Positions 40,621-51,570 are shown, counted from the first letter of the stretch. The stretch: DNA of 64,000 bases from an uncultured candidate division Zixibacteria bacterium (GCA_963735035.1 CAVTJJ010000006.1:256001-320000); one strand, 5' to 3'. A program made the numbers and translations. Notes: generated from the letters alone by a model not told the origin.

Positions 40621-41397
40621 ATGCAATCACCACTTCCATACGGCATACTGATTGTCGTCTTCTTTGGACTGATCTTCCTGTTTAACATGATCAAAGTCCT
40701 CCGCGAGTATGAACGCGGCGTCATTTTCCGGCTCGGTCGCCTGATCGGCCTGAAAGGCCCCGGCCTGATCATCCTGATCCCCGGTATCGATAAGATCGTC
40801 CGGGTCGACTTGCGTGTCATCACCTACGACGTCCCCCCGCAGGACGTGATCACCCGTGACAACGTCTCGGTTAAAGTCAACGCGGTGCTCTATTTCCAGA
40901 TTGTCGACGCCAACAAGGCGATTGTTTCGGTCATGAACTACTTCGAGGCGACTTCGCAGATCGCCCAGACCACGCTTCGTTCGGTAATTGGCCAGCAGGA
41001 ACTCGACGACCTCCTGGCTAACCGGGAGAAGATCAACAGCGAACTGCAGCGGATTATCGACGAGCAGACCGAGCCGTGGGGCGTGAAGGTTTCTGTGGTC
41101 GAGGTTAAGAATGTCGATCTGCCGCCCGAAATGACGCGCGCCATCGCCAAGCAGGCGGAAGCCGAGCGCGAACGTCGTTCCAAGATCATTCATGCCGAGG
41201 GTGAAGCTCAGGCGGCGCAGAAGCTGGCTGAGGCGGCTACTATTATCGCAACGGCTCCGAACGCGATGCAATTGCGGTTCCTGCAGACGCTGGTCGAGGT
41301 GTCGGCCGAGAAGAACAGCACTATTATCTTCCCAGTGCCGATTGATTTGTTGGGATCGCTGAAGGACTTCCTGGACCGCGGCGCCCACAAAGTGTAG
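40621..41397 (+). CDS. Slipin / stomatin-like SPFH protein
   Basis: [48 protein letters not shown]. Confidence 0.95.
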   Translation: MQSPLPYGILIVVFFGLIFLFNMIKVLREYERGVIFRLGRLIGLKGPGLIILIPGIDKIVRVDLRVITYDVPPQDVITRDNVSVKVNAVLYFQIVDANKAIVSVMNYFEATSQIAQTTLRSVIGQQELDDLLANREKINSELQRIIDEQTEPWGVKVSVVEVKNVDLPPEMTRAIAKQAEAERERRSKIIHAEGEAQAAQKLAEAATIIATAPNAMQLRFLQTLVEVSAEKNSTIIFPVPIDLLGSLKDFLDRGAHKV

Positions 41398-41405
41398 TAG
41401 CAAAG

Positions 41406-41516
41406 CGTGCCTGGCAGATGCCTGCCCTCGACTTGATCGGGGGCCAACATCTGCCGGCGGATATGCGGAAGTGATCGGCAGGGTTAGTGATCGGCAGGGT
41501 TCCAACCCTGCCGATT
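41406..41516. repeat. REP-like palindromes
   Basis: GGCAGATG...CATCTGCC; ATCGGCAGGGTT twice, then AACCCTGCCGAT. Confidence 0.55.
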
Positions 41517-41554
41517 CCGTTGGGCATGATGAGCAATCGTTAGCACAAAGTTCA

Positions 41555-42007
41555 ATGCGTACTTTTCGGGACGAAAGCCGGACTCCTACTATCGCACAGG
41601 TTGCGGGGGGCGTAGCCCTTCTGGTTCTGGCCGTTATTCTCCCAATATTCATGACCGCCATTGGCAAGTTTAGCCTGCTGGTGGCGATATCGTCATCGGT
41701 CTTGGCCACCGTAGGTTATCTGCTGCTCGATATACTTATGTCCGCAGCCTTGGAGCTCGTGGTCGAGTTGATACGCTCCTGGCGGCCATGGTCGCACGGC
41801 CTGGTCGGTGAAGAAGCGGAAGTCCGAACGGAAGACCGAGTCTTGCTCAAAGGAGCCATCTGGAAGGCCAAGTCTGACGCACCCCTTTTCGCCGGTGATA
41901 AGGTCAGAATAATCAGCGTCCGCGGCCTGACTCTGAAAGTGAAGAAGGCCCCAGCCAGGACTGATTCCCCACCCGATAGGAGCGCACAAGGACCACAAGG
42001 ACGCTGA
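41555..42007 (+). CDS. Short NfeD-like protein (TM helices + OB fold)
   Basis: Hydrophobic N-half; GLVGEEAEV...GAIWKAKS....GDKVRIISVRGLTLKV. Confidence 0.7.
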   Translation: MRTFRDESRTPTIAQVAGGVALLVLAVILPIFMTAIGKFSLLVAISSSVLATVGYLLLDILMSAALELVVELIRSWRPWSHGLVGEEAEVRTEDRVLLKGAIWKAKSDAPLFAGDKVRIISVRGLTLKVKKAPARTDSPPDRSAQGPQGR

Positions 42008-42159
42008 CCGACCTGATCCGGAAGCTCACATGCCCTGTCCGCTGCGGGTGGCACATCTGCCGGCGTCGGGAAAAGAAAAGTCATTCGTGGTGGACATCTC
42101 CGTCCATCCCACACTGATTTTCACTTGAACCCTTAGAGACCGCTACCTATACTCCCCCC

Positions 42160-42649
42160 ATGACTGGCAAAAGAGACGACTATATCAGCTGGGAAGAATA
42201 CTTCATGGCCGTCGCCCAGCTTTCGGCCCGACGCTCCAAGGACCCCAGCACCCAGGTAGGGGCCTGTATCGTGAACAAGAACCGGCGGATTATCGGTATC
42301 GGCTACAACGGCTTTCCGACCGGCTGCTCCGACGACGAGCCTCCCGTGGGCGCGCGAGGGGAACCTGCTCGACACCAAGTACCCGTACGTCTGCCACGCC
42401 GAAATGAACGCCATCACCAATTCCGCCAACAAGCCGGACCTCGACGGGGCCTCAATGTACGTCTCACTCTTCCCTTGCAATGAGTGCGCCAAACTCATTG
42501 TGCAGGTTGGGATTAAAGAAGTGGTCTATCTCGAAGACAAGTACCACGACAAAGACATTTTCATCGCCGCCCGACGTATTTTCGAGATGGCCAAAGTGAC
42601 CTGCCGCCAGCTCAAACCGGCCCAACACGAAATCCGAATCAGCTTTTAG
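42160..42649 (+). CDS. dCMP deaminase (frameshift near 42340)
   Basis: [28 protein letters not shown]; then [10 protein letters not shown] and LFPCNECAK in another frame. TTGAAC-17-TATACT lies 6 nt before the ATG. Confidence 0.9.
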
Positions 42650-42669
42650 ACCGTAAGTCGCTTTGCTTC

Positions 42670-42978
42670 GTAGGTCGAAACCAGCCCGCTTCGGGCGGTT
42701 TCGACAGGGGAAGTTCGCCAACCGGCAGATGTGGACATCTGCCGGGCACGTTTAAGGCCGGGCACTTGAGATGTGCCGTCGGGCGTCTCTGCCCGACGGT
42801 TTTGATTTAAGGGCAGCTGACAGGTCTTTGTTCTTTCGTAGGGCAGAATCCTCCGCCGCCTCGGCGGAGTGATTCTGCCGCTATATATGAGCCTGGTGGC
42901 AGAACCGCCCGCCCAAGGGTCGGGGGTTCTGCCCTACGAAGGCCATCCCGTCAGGAGCCTAAGGGCTCCTGACCTACT
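42670..42978. repeat. Mosaic REP-like cluster
   Basis: GTAGGTCGAAACC...GGTTTCGAC; CCGGCAGATGTGGACATCTGCCGGGCAC; GTAGGGCAGAATC...TTCTGCCCTAC pair; GTCAGGAGCC...GGCTCCTGACCTAC. Confidence 0.75.
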
Positions 42979-43132
42979 AGATAGGCCGGGTTCTAAGATC
43001 GGCTGTCTCGGTCGATAATCTATCTCGGAGCCGGGGAGGCGATATTTTCCGATTTTTGTTGCGTCAGTTTTCGCGGGAGATACTTTGGCGCTTTCTGTTC
43101 CGGGCGCAAACTTGTCACAGGAGTTGAGAGCT

Positions 43133-44459
43133 GTGGTTAAGACTAAAGAAGATGTACTGAGACTAATCGACGAAGCCGGCGTCCGTTATATCCGGCTGTG
43201 CTTCACCGACATTCTGGGCGCACTAAAAGGGATGACCATGACCCGGTCCGAAATCGAGCAGGTGCTCGCCGAAGGACAGGGGTTCGATGGGTCATCGGTC
43301 GAAGGATTCGCGCGTATCGACGAATCCGATCTGATGGCGATTCCCGATCCGCTGACTTTCCGGATTATCCCGTGGGAGATTTCCGGCGAAAAAGTCGCCA
43401 TGCTTTTCTGCGACATTCAGAATCCCGACGGCACTCCGTATGAAGGCGACCCGCGCTGGGTGCTGAAGCGGATGCTCAGAAAAGTAGAAGAGAAGGGCTG
43501 GACATTCTATGTCGGTCCCGAAATCGAATATTTCTATTTCGCCAACTCACACGAACCGGAAGCAATAGACAACTCCGGTTATTTCGACTACGGCACCATG
43601 GACGCCGGCACGCAGATGCGCAAGAAGACGGTCGCGGCGCTCGAGATGATGGATGTCCCGGTCGAATGCGCCCACCACGAAGTAGCCCCGTCGCAGCACG
43701 AAATCGACCTGAAATATCAGGAAGCGCTCGTGATGGCCGACTTCGCCCAGGTCTATCGGTTCATCGTCAAGGAAGTCGCCATGGAGAACGATTACTATGC
43801 GACCTTCATGCCGAAACCGATGTTCGGGCAGAATGGCTCCGGGATGCACTGCCACATGTCGCTGTTCAAAGGGAAGAAGAACTTGTTCTTTGACCAGGCC
43901 TCCGAGTACAATCTTTCCAATACGGCCAGGCAGTTCACTGAGGGTATCCTGACCCACATTCCGGAGATCACGCTGGTGACGAACCAGTGGGTCAATTCGT
44001 ACAAGCGGCTCGTCGAAGGTTACGAAGCTCCCTGCTACATTAGCTGGGGCCGTCGCAACCGCTCGTCGACTGGTGCGTGTTCCCGGATATCGTCAGGGCA
44101 AGGAAGCGGCCACCAGAATCGAACTGCGTTCGCCCGATCCGGGCGCGAATCCGTATCTGACTTTCGCCTGTGCTCTGGCCGCCGGGCTCAAGGGAGTCGA
44201 AGGCAAGTACAAGCTTCGCGCGCCGATTGAAGGGAATATCTTCGGCATGAACGAAGAGGAAAAGGCCAAGCTTGGTATCAAGCACCTGCCGAATTCGCTC
44301 GAGAATGCCATCCGGACTGGCATGAAGTCGGAACTGCTCAAAGAAACGCTCGGCGAGCATGTCTTCAGCAAGCTGATCGAGAACAAGTGGATCGAGTGGG
44401 ACAACTACCGGATCCACGTGAGCAAGTACGAGGTCGACAAGTACCTTCCCTGGCTCTAG
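43133..44459 (+). CDS. glnA: Glutamine synthetase type I (frameshift near 44070)
   Basis: FDGSSVEGFARIDESD; HHEVAPSQHEID; ATFMPKP; NGSGMHCH; NSYKRLV; RIELRSPDPGANPYL. Confidence 0.93.
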
Positions 44460-44487
44460 GCTGCTGAAAGTTTGCGTTGGAACATAC

Positions 44488-44520
44488 AAAGGAGCCCTCG
44501 AACGAGGGCTCCTTTTTGTT
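44488..44520 (+). terminator. Intrinsic terminator of glnA
   Basis: AAAGGAGCCCTCG-AA-CGAGGGCTCC followed by TTTTTGTT. Confidence 0.85.
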
Positions 44521-44539
44521 GGAGTGACGGCACAACTGG

Positions 44540-44776
44540 TGCGTGGTGGACGTCCTCGTCCACCACGAGCCTGCTAAGTCATGCTGAGCCTGTCGAAGCA
44601 TGAAGCATGATGACCATGGGACCCAAGGGTTGTCTGGCCGTTATCTGATGGGTGCCCCGCCTGAAGCGGGGCAAGACAGATTAGATATCCGGTATGACCT
44701 GATTCCAAGTAGAAACCCGGCAGATGTGGGCATCTGCCGGGCACTTGTGTTTACCCTACGACAAGCTCAGGGTGAC
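44540..44776. repeat. REP-like cluster between convergent glnA and degQ
   Basis: GTGGTGGACG..CGTCCACCAC; GTCATGCTGAGCCTGTCGAAGCATGA; CCGGCAGATGTGGGCATCTGCCGGGCAC; CGACAAGCTCAGGGTGAC. Confidence 0.7.
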
Positions 44777-46248
44777 TATTCTATCGAAAACGCGATGTAG
44801 AACCCGCCGCCGTTGCGGTATACGCGCAACAGCACGGTATCACCCGCGGCCAATCCCTTGACGGCGTCGTAGAACTCGGTCTCGTTTTCGACCGCCTTGC
44901 GCGATACCGTCTGAATCAGGTCGCCTTCGCGCAACCCCGCCTGCGCCGCGGCGCTCTGCGGTTCGAGCGATGTCACCACCACGCCTGTTAGACGAGTGTC
45001 GATTTCATACTGCCGCGCCAGCGTGGGGCTCATATTGGTGACCGCGAACCCGAGCCGCTTGCCGACTTCACCCGCGCCTTCCGGTTTGGCGCCGTCGGAT
45101 TTCAATTCGCCGAGAGTAACATCGATGTTGAGACGATTTTCGCCCCGGAGAATGCCGAGCGAAACTTTCGTATTCGGTTTGGTGCCGGCAATACGATTGC
45201 GCAACTGGCTCGAGCTCTGAATCGGCTGTCCGTCGAGGGAGACAATCAAGTCACCGGCCTGGATACCGGCCTTATCCGACGGGCTCCCGGATTCGACCTG
45301 GCCCACCAGTGCGCCGTCATTTTGATTGATGCCAAACCCCTTGGAGAGATTGGGGGTGAGGTCCTGAATCGACACACCCAGGTAGCCGCGAATCATACGT
45401 CCGTTGGCAATGAGGGACTGCATGACATCTACGGCCATGTTCGACGGAATCGCGAACCCGATGCCTTCGAACCCGCCGGTTCGGCTGGCGATGGCCGAGT
45501 TGATCCCGACCAGCTTGCCGTCAAGGTTGACCAGTGGCCCGCCCGAATTGCCGGGGTTGATGGCGGCGTCGGTCTGAATGAAATCTTCATAGTCGGTCAG
45601 TCCCACGTTCGACCGCCCTTTGGCGCTGACGATCCCCTGGGTCACCGTGTACGCCAGGTTTTCGCTCATGGGGCTGCCGATAGCGAGCACCATCTCGCCG
45701 ACCTGCAGCGAATCCGAGTTGCCGATCTCGACATACGGCAGGTTGTCGGCCTTGATCTGAAGCACCGCAATATCGGTCTTCGGGTCGGCGCCTATCAACT
45801 TGGCGGTGTAGCGCTCGCCGGTGAAGGTGCGGACCGTGATGCTGTCGACATTGTCAATAACGTGGTTGTTGGTCAGGATACGACCGTCGGCGGAGACAAT
45901 TACGCCCGAGCCCAGTCCCTGCTGGCGGTATTCCTGCGGAATTTGCGGATGCTGTTGTTGCGGACCGAAAAAGAAGCTGAACGGATCGCCCCCGAACGGG
46001 TTCATGCCCTGGCCGGACATGGTCTTTTCGGTGGACACGGTAACCACTGCCGGCTTGATCTCGGCGGCTATATCGACAAAGGCCCGGTTCAAGTCGCGCA
46101 GGGACGTTATTTGTCGTTCCTGGGCGGAAGGCAGTTGGATGTGCTTTTCGGCGGCTACGGAACCGAATTGGAAGCCGAGCACGGCGGCTATGGCGGTCAA
46201 CCCTACCACGAGGGTCAGCCTGACGGTTTTAGAAGTGTTGCTCCTCAT
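44776..46248 (-). CDS. degQ: DegP/DegQ (HtrA) serine endoprotease with two PDZ domains
   Basis: GLGSGVIVS; TNNHVI; DIAVL; IQTDAAINPGNSGGPL; two PDZ domains; GAGG SD before ATG at 46248. Confidence 0.93.
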   Translation of the reverse strand: MRSNTSKTVRLTLVVGLTAIAAVLGFQFGSVAAEKHIQLPSAQERQITSLRDLNRAFVDIAAEIKPAVVTVSTEKTMSGQGMNPFGGDPFSFFFGPQQQHPQIPQEYRQQGLGSGVIVSADGRILTNNHVIDNVDSITVRTFTGERYTAKLIGADPKTDIAVLQIKADNLPYVEIGNSDSLQVGEMVLAIGSPMSENLAYTVTQGIVSAKGRSNVGLTDYEDFIQTDAAINPGNSGGPLVNLDGKLVGINSAIASRTGGFEGIGFAIPSNMAVDVMQSLIANGRMIRGYLGVSIQDLTPNLSKGFGINQNDGALVGQVESGSPSDKAGIQAGDLIVSLDGQPIQSSSQLRNRIAGTKPNTKVSLGILRGENRLNIDVTLGELKSDGAKPEGAGEVGKRLGFAVTNMSPTLARQYEIDTRLTGVVVTSLEPQSAAAQAGLREGDLIQTVSRKAVENETEFYDAVKGLAAGDTVLLRVYRNGGGFYIAFSIE

Positions 46249-46472
46249 AACATAGACCTCCATTTCTTCATATAAGTACAACGGCCGGGCGAAAGGGTTC
46301 CCCGGCAGGTCCATAATAAGAGTTAAACATTTGCGGCCGGAGGAGGGTATAAGTGTATACATTGTTGGACATCTGAACCAGTACATTCAAGGGTGGAGTA
46401 TGCTTGTCGGCCCGTATCATCGTGGGCTATATTCAGACTACTAACTTGTAGCTATCAGAAATGGAATAGCCC

Positions 46473-47265
46473 ATGCCTTACACCGATCTCAATGATATCC
46501 GCCTCTACTATGATGGTGCCGGCGAGGGAGAGCCCCTCGTATTCCTTCACGGTTTCACCCTCGACCGTCGCATGTGGCAACCCCAGGTCGAATTCTTTCG
46601 CGACCTTTATCATGTCATCGTCCCCGACGCTCGTGGGCACGGCCTTTCGGACGCCCCTCTGTCCGGCTACTCCCGCGCCGACCGGGTAATCGACCTGGCC
46701 GGACTGGTCGATAATCTCAGAACTAGAGTCGTTTCATTTGGTCGGCCTGTCGATGGGCGGCGCGACCGCTCTCGGCTACGCGCTGGCGCATCAGGAGCGG
46801 CTGAAATCGCTCACGCTGGTGTCGACCGGGGCGGCGGGGTACAGTATCGGGAAGAAGATTTCGTATCTCGATCAGGTCGCCCGCGACGAGGGACCGGCCG
46901 TGGCGCTCGAAAAGTGGAAGACCTGGAGTCTGTCGTTCTACAAAGAGGACCGGCGCGAATTGAAGGAGTTGCTCGATAAGATGATGTCCGCCTATTCCGC
47001 CGCCGGCTGGCGCGACCCGATGCGGGGGAAGTACCCGCGCGAGGACGATCTCAGCCGCGTAGCCGGGATCAAAGTCCCGACAGCGATTTTCGCCGGGGCG
47101 CTGGACAGGGTTTTCGTGACGCTGGCCGGGCAACTTCATGAGCGAATCGCCGGGAGCCAGTTGACGATCTATCCGGGAGCAGGGCATATGCTCAATTTGG
47201 AAGAGCCAAACAGGTTCAACGCCGACCTTAAAGTGTTTCTTGAAGGAGCTGCCGGGGGTAAATGA
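46473..47265 (+). CDS. Alpha/beta hydrolase (frameshift near 46725-46738)
   Basis: PLVFLHGF; PDARGHGLS; GLSMGG nucleophile elbow; AGHMLNLEEP. Confidence 0.88.
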
Positions 47266-47834
47266 ACTATTTCGAAGTCAAAGACCGGCTCGAAAGTCTG
47301 GTGCGGTTCCGGGCACTCTATGCCGAGTTCATCGGGTTCACGAACCGAACCGACAATCTCCCGGCTTTGATGATTCGTCAGAAGATGGAGCCGCTCGCTC
47401 CGATGACGGTCGAGTCGCTTCGCCAGGTGGGATTGGGGGGGATGGTCACCCGCGACGCCCCAGTGCACGGCGGACGAAAAGTCCGGATCAATCTGATAAA
47501 AGTGATCTTCCGCGACGCGATTATTCGCCGCTATTCAGTGACCGATCAGGAGCCGCTCGAACTTCTGGACATGGGAATTCTGGCCTATCAGAAACGGCTC
47601 TGGATCGAAAAGCTCCAACTGTTCAACCCGCTCTTCTGGGTCTATCAGATAGTGCTCTGGCTGGCACGGCTCCCGGTGACGGTTTGTCGTGCGGCGGGGT
47701 ATGACACGTCGAAGGTGGAGCAGTCGGCGGCGCTTAAGCTGTATCTCCTACTCTTTCAGGTCGGATTCTACGTTCTGATCGCCCGCGCGGTCGGATTATT
47801 CTCCTGGTTCCGGGCCGATATCATCGCGCTTTAG
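47262..47834 (+). CDS. Hypothetical membrane protein
   Basis: 190-aa ORF overlapping the hydrolase stop by 4 nt; hydrophobic C-terminal segments. Confidence 0.65.
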   Translation: MNYFEVKDRLESLVRFRALYAEFIGFTNRTDNLPALMIRQKMEPLAPMTVESLRQVGLGGMVTRDAPVHGGRKVRINLIKVIFRDAIIRRYSVTDQEPLELLDMGILAYQKRLWIEKLQLFNPLFWVYQIVLWLARLPVTVCRAAGYDTSKVEQSAALKLYLLLFQVGFYVLIARAVGLFSWFRADIIAL

Positions 47835-47893
47835 GTTCAACTTCACTTTCAATGCCAATGCTTAACGTCTTGACTGACAGGGTCATGGGGCTG

Positions 47894-48355
47894 TTGCGTC
47901 AGGTCCTGTTCGTTGCCCGCTGGAAGCGGGTCAACGAATGTGACCTGACGCCTGTGCCCGCGTCGGAGTCGGGCGTCAGGTCACACCCCGCCCAAGGGGC
48001 GTGGCAGGACCTGACGCAACCATCCAGAGTCTTGTAGGGTGGGTTCGCTTCACACCTGCCTGCTGGGGTGGGAACCGGCAGTGAACCGGCAGATGTGGAC
48101 ATCTGCCGGGCACGTGATCGGGCGACCGGCCCTTCATCGTTGCGTCCTGGCCTGCCCGCCGAAGTCTTGTAGGGCGGGTCCGCTTCGAACCCGCCGTCAT
48201 CAGGCTTAGGAGTCGGGCGTCAGGTCACACCCCGCCCAAGGGGCGTGGCAGGACCTGACGCAACGGTGGGTACAGACGGATTTGTCATCGTCGGGTTACG
48301 TCAGGTCCTGCCCGGTCGACCGGCAAAGCCGGGCGGCCGAGTGTGACCTGACGCC
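47894..48355. repeat. Dense REP-like array including an exact 56-bp direct repeat
   Basis: Four complete GTCAGGTC...GACCTGACG elements (plus a degenerate partial copy near 48140); 47965-48020 is identical to 48209-48264; GTAGGG(T/C)GGGT and CCGGCAGATG palindromes are interspersed. Confidence 0.85.
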
Positions 48356-48463
48356 TTTACACCACAAAAGCCATTTGCGTCGGCTACCATTCTCACCATA
48401 TTTGGAGCCTTGGTGAAGCGAATCGGGGTGGGATTACCCACCCGACTGTAACAGGCAAGGACA

Positions 48464-49078
48464 ATGACCGGCTCGAAAGCACGATTGGCAGTATTTATCT
48501 CCGGCGGCGGCACCGGACTTCAAGCCATCATGGACGCCTCCAAACGAGGTGACCTTGAGGCGCAGGTTGTCTGGGTCGTGTCCAGTTCGTCCAAGGCGTT
48601 CGGACTGGAACGGGCCACCAAAGAGAATGTCGAAACGTTCGTCTTTCGCGCTGCCAAGTACGCATCGCCAGAGGATGCGACGGATGACCTTATCGCGAAA
48701 TTGCGCGATCGTCGAATCGATTACATCGCCCTCGCCGGATATCTGAAGTTGCTTCCGGTGGAACTGGTTCGTGCCTTTCCCAAGCGGATCTTGAACATAC
48801 ACCCCGGCCTGTTGCCGAAATACGGCGGCTCCGGGATGTATGGGCATTTCGTACATGAAGCAGTGCTCGCCTCGGGCGACAAAGTGAGCGGTCCCACGGT
48901 GCATCTCGTTGACGAGATCTATGACCATGGGAAGATTCTCGAACAGGCCAGAGTGCCGGTGTTGCCGGGCGATACTCCGGAATCCCTCGCCGCCCGCGTA
49001 TTGATTGAAGAACATAAGCTCTATCCGAAGGTGATAGACAATCTCATAAAAGGAAAGTACCGTCTTGACCATGACTGA
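48464..49078 (+). CDS. purN: Phosphoribosylglycinamide formyltransferase
   Basis: ISGGGTGLQAI; LAGYLK; NIHPGLLPKYGG; GPTVHLVDEIYDHG; EHKLYP. Confidence 0.95.
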   Translation: MTGSKARLAVFISGGGTGLQAIMDASKRGDLEAQVVWVVSSSSKAFGLERATKENVETFVFRAAKYASPEDATDDLIAKLRDRRIDYIALAGYLKLLPVELVRAFPKRILNIHPGLLPKYGGSGMYGHFVHEAVLASGDKVSGPTVHLVDEIYDHGKILEQARVPVLPGDTPESLAARVLIEEHKLYPKVIDNLIKGKYRLDHD

Positions 49079-49971
49079 AATTGTACAGACCACGGATATC
49101 AAAGAGTATCCGCTTCTCCGCCGGGGCAAAGTCCGGGACATCTACGATCTCGGCGATACGCTCTTGTTCATTGCCTCGGATCGTATCTCGGCGTTCGACG
49201 TCGTCATGCCCAACGGCATTCCGGGCAAGGGACGAGTACTGACGCAGACGTCGCTCTTCTGGTTCGACTTCCTGAAGGGTATAGTCGACAATCATCTCCT
49301 GACCGCGAATGTCGATGAGTATCCCGCCCCACTGCGCAAGTATCGCAACGTCCTTGAAGGCCGTTCCATGATAGTCACCAAGGCGGAGCGCATTGACATC
49401 GAATGTATCGTGCGTGGATATATCTCCGGCTCCATGTGGAAAGAGCTGCAGGCGGCCCGCAAGCAGGGATCGAACACGGTTCACGGATTCGAATTTCCGG
49501 CGAATCTTCAGGAATCCGACAAGCTGCCGACGCCGTTGTTTACGCCGTCGTCGAAGAACGATGACGGTCACGACGAGAATATCAGTTTCGATGCCATGGT
49601 CAAGCTAGTCGGACAGAAGACGGCCGAGCTGTGTCGCGACAAATCGCTGGCAGTTTACCAGGCGGCGGCCGATTACGCTCGTACTCGTGGGAATAATCAT
49701 CGCCGACACCAAGTTCGAGTTTGGCTACAAAGACGGAAGGTTCATCCTGATCGATGAGGTTCTCTCGCCTGATTCGAGTCGGTTCTGGCCGGTGGACAAA
49801 TATCGACCGGGGCGTTCGCAGCCGTCGTTCGATAAACAGCCGATTCGTGACTATCTCGATGGTCTCGACTGGGATAAGAAGCCGCCCGCGCCGAGACTGC
49901 CCGACGAAATAATCGCCGCCTCGGCCGCACGCTATCGTGAAGCTCAAGTATTGCTGACAGGAAGGGTTTGA
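49071..49971 (+). CDS. purC: SAICAR synthetase (frameshift near 49688)
   Basis: [31 protein letters not shown]; then [24 protein letters not shown] and DKQ in the next frame. Confidence 0.93.
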
Positions 49972-49972
49972 A

Positions 49973-51544
49973 ATGTCTGATCTCGCTAAGATAAAACGGG
50001 CGCTGATTTCGGTGTCCGACAAGAAGGGTCTCGTGGAATTGGCCGCCGAGCTGGACCGGCTGGATATTGAAATCGTCTCCACGGGCGGTACTCTGAAGCA
50101 ATTACGCGATGCCGGCGTGCATGCGGTCTCGATTACGTCGTTTACCGGCAGCCCGGAAGTAATGGACGGTCGGGTGAAGACGCTGCATCCGAAAGTCCAC
50201 GGTGCGCTCTTGTTCCGTCGTGACAATCCGAAAGATGTCGAGGAACTCGATCAGCTCGACTCCAAACCTATCGATCTGGTGATCGTGAATCTTTATCCGT
50301 TCCGCCAGACGGTGGCCCGTCCGGATGCTCAGGACCAGGAGATTATCGAAAATATCGATATCGGTGGGCCCTCGATGTTGCGTTCGGCGGCGAAGAATCA
50401 TGCCGACGTCACTGTGATTGTCGATCCCTCTGACTACGCGACTTTGATCGATGAACTTCGCGCCCACGACGGTGCCACGACGTTCGAGTTCCGTCGTCGC
50501 TGTGCCGGCAAAGTGTTTACGCTTACGGCCGAATATGAGACTGCTATAGCGTCGTATTTCCTTCATGGCAAGCCGGCTCAAAGCGAGATGTTCCCGCCCG
50601 ACATGAACCTGCGTTATCGCCGGGCTTCCGGTTTGCGTTACGGTGAAAATCCACATCAAGAGGCGGCTCTATATACCGATCCCGGCTTCCAGTATCCGTC
50701 ACTTTTGAAAGCTCAGGTCTTGTCCGGCAAAGAACTCTCATACAATAACTATGGCGACCTGGATGCCTGCCTGGACCTGCTGCTCGAATTCGACGAGCCG
50801 TTTGCCTGCATTCTGAAGCATGCCAATCCGTGCGGGGCGGCAATAGGGAAGACCCTGGCCGATGCTTACAAGAAGGCGTATGACAGCGATCCGCTTTCGG
50901 CGTTCGGCTCGATCATAGGCGTCAATTGCGAAATTGACAAAGACGCTGCGGATTTGATTCACGAAACAGAATTTGTTGAGTGTATCCTCGCCCCCGGATT
51001 CGCCGAGGGAGTGCTGGATCGGCTGAAGAAGAAGAAGACGCGCCGGATACTTCTGCTGCCAGAACTTATCGGCAGGCGCGGAAGCGACGAGAAGGTCTAC
51101 AAACATATTCGTGGCGGGCTTCTGGTCCAGTCGGCTGACAATCATGTTCTCGATCCCAAGGAATTGAAGGTCGCGACGAAACGGGCTCCGACACCGAAAG
51201 AGCTGACTGATCTTTTGTTCGCTTGGAAGATTGTCAAACACACAAAGTCTAATGCCATTGTACTTGCCAGAGACGGCGGCACGGTTGGTATCGGTATGGG
51301 GCAGACCTCGCGGGTAGATTCCGGTTTCTTGGCGGTCAAGCGGGCCGGGGCCCGTGCAGCAGGAGCGGTGATGGCGTCCGATGCGTTCTTCCCGATGCCC
51401 GACGGCGTCGAAGTCGCTACCAACGCCGGTGTGACTGCGATCATTCAGCCGGGTGGTTCGAAGGGCGACGACGAAGCTATCGCTGCGGCTGACAAAGCGG
51501 GTGCCGCTATGGTGATGACCGGCGTGCGGCATTTCAAGCACTGA
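49973..51544 (+). CDS. purH: Bifunctional AICAR transformylase / IMP cyclohydrolase
   Basis: ALISVSDK; GRVKTLHP; IDIGGPSM; LRYGENPHQ; KELSYNN; KHANPCG; ASDAFFP; RHFKH. Confidence 0.97.
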   Translation: MSDLAKIKRALISVSDKKGLVELAAELDRLDIEIVSTGGTLKQLRDAGVHAVSITSFTGSPEVMDGRVKTLHPKVHGALLFRRDNPKDVEELDQLDSKPIDLVIVNLYPFRQTVARPDAQDQEIIENIDIGGPSMLRSAAKNHADVTVIVDPSDYATLIDELRAHDGATTFEFRRRCAGKVFTLTAEYETAIASYFLHGKPAQSEMFPPDMNLRYRRASGLRYGENPHQEAALYTDPGFQYPSLLKAQVLSGKELSYNNYGDLDACLDLLLEFDEPFACILKHANPCGAAIGKTLADAYKKAYDSDPLSAFGSIIGVNCEIDKDAADLIHETEFVECILAPGFAEGVLDRLKKKKTRRILLLPELIGRRGSDEKVYKHIRGGLLVQSADNHVLDPKELKVATKRAPTPKELTDLLFAWKIVKHTKSNAIVLARDGGTVGIGMGQTSRVDSGFLAVKRAGARAAGAVMASDAFFPMPDGVEVATNAGVTAIIQPGGSKGDDEAIAAADKAGAAMVMTGVRHFKH

Positions 51545-51570
51545 CGTTCCGACTCGGGGCCTTAGTGGTT

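Noticed and set aside
39265..42007. nfeD-slipin-nfeD as a novel system
   Set aside because: The NfeD/stomatin pairing is well known; the extra short NfeD is only a minor variation.
47894..48355. Possible CRISPR array
   Set aside because: The repeats are palindromic elements in mixed orientation with irregular spacing, dispersed across the window, and no cas genes are present.
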